64,000 nucleotides of DNA from the NCBI GenBank assembly GCA_036785375.1, contig JAWMAR010000026.1, positions 9,176,001-9,240,000 on the forward strand, written 5' to 3'. The position numbers and the translations under genes are program-made. Each line of letters opens with the position of its first letter. Within the stretch, counting starts at the first letter, position 1. The notes under the pieces are model-generated. The model worked only from the letters and a program-made list of their open reading frames with translations. It had not been told where the DNA came from and did no database searches. Of the stretch, positions 63,091 to 64,000 are shown in pieces. The DNA is from Leucoraja ocellata (Eukaryota).

Positions 63091-63599
63091 TCATCAATTT
63101 AATCTTCATCTATCTTCAATGAATTCTGCAGCATTCCCTGAAAAGTATTCTCCTTAAGATGCAGTGCTTTTTTTCTTCCTTCCATCCCAAATATAAATCT
63201 GATGGATTGTGTGAGAACCACACACTAGCAAATCTACCTTCAAGTGAATCTGAATTATTTTTGTTGCCAGTTTCCACAATGATGTTTATTGCATAATACA
63301 ATTTTCAGAGTTGGATTATAATTTACTGTTTTATAATGGTGTTAGTCAGAGTTGACTACAAGAATAAGAATGCAAAACAAAAGATGATAAAATAATTCCT
63401 TTTCCCCCAAACGCTGGCTGTAGAGCTCATAACTCGCTTTGCCTTTTATCAAGAGAAACTAGATAATTCTGCAATATTCAGTAAATATATTGGGAGCTTT
63501 GCTGGGCTCAGTGGTAAGTTAACAGTGCAAAGCTGAGGTATGAAGTTATTTTGTGCAGTGAGGTTCATCCAGACTGATCCAAATAAGTTGACCATAAGT

Positions 63600-63970
63600 A
63601 CTATAGTGTATTAAATTTTCAAAAACATTGCAATTTTATGTAACTACATAAAACCCAGCCCCCCATTCCCTCCTGTGCACAACTGGGAATTGCACCTTGC
63701 ACCTACATTCCTTTCTCTAGCCTCATCATTTGCAACTCTTCATACTTGTTGTGTCTCACCTGCCCCCCCCCCCCCCCCCCATCTATACCCTTTGTCCTGA
63801 ATCTGTCTATCAATTTCCACCCCCCCTCACCTGTATTGACCTATTACCTGCCAAGCCTTGTCTCACACCTCCCAGCTTTCTTTCCCCCCCCCTGAAGTCC
63901 AGGCCCTAATCACTACCTATCCATGTTCTCCAGGGATGCTGCCAGACCCGCTGAGTTACTCCAGCACTGT
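63600..63970 (+). mobile_element. Degenerate Penelope-like 3' end
   Basis: Pyrimidine-rich 3' region and terminal unit CCATGTTCTCCAGGGATGCTGCCAGACCCGCTGAGTTACTCCAGCA. Confidence 0.6.
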
Positions 63971-64000
63971 CTTTTTTTTAAACTATTGTGTATGAGGTGT

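Noticed and set aside
54899-64000. Next CNOT1 exon (TQFLIQEC...) and intronic snoRNAs
   Set aside because: I found no matching exon or convincing H/ACA or C/D structure; the exon probably lies beyond the window.

Overview
Eukaryotic, repeat-rich vertebrate DNA. The repeat content (HE1/V-SINEs, Deu-SINE relics, CR1 LINEs with an esterase ORF1, Penelope relics) points to a cartilaginous fish, probably a skate or ray; this is inference. Two divergently oriented genes are supported by spliced exons. On the minus strand is a cathepsin A / lysosomal protective protein-like serine carboxypeptidase (S10 family) with six coding exons from 21358 down to 5146; the gene runs off the left edge. On the plus strand is CNOT1, with a CpG island at about 33.5-34.7 kb and coding exons at 34666-34767 and 54791-54898; it runs off the right edge. 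Most other long ORFs in the track are fragments of CR1, Rex/Babar-type, Penelope or Tc1 elements. The most notable observations are: (1) a family of short Penelope-derived insertions carrying hammerhead-ribozyme-like cores, some palindromic and with 11-16 bp target-site duplications; (2) a duplicated 5' splice site in the cathepsin A-like gene that would create a premature stop; (3) a fused exon and an AESYGG active-site variant suggesting a CTSA paralog; (4) an upstream ORF overlapping the CNOT1 start; (5) CLEAR/M-box motifs between the two genes; (6) several young nested insertions. No prokaryotic-type system (CRISPR etc.) is present, and I cannot claim a wholly new system from sequence alone.
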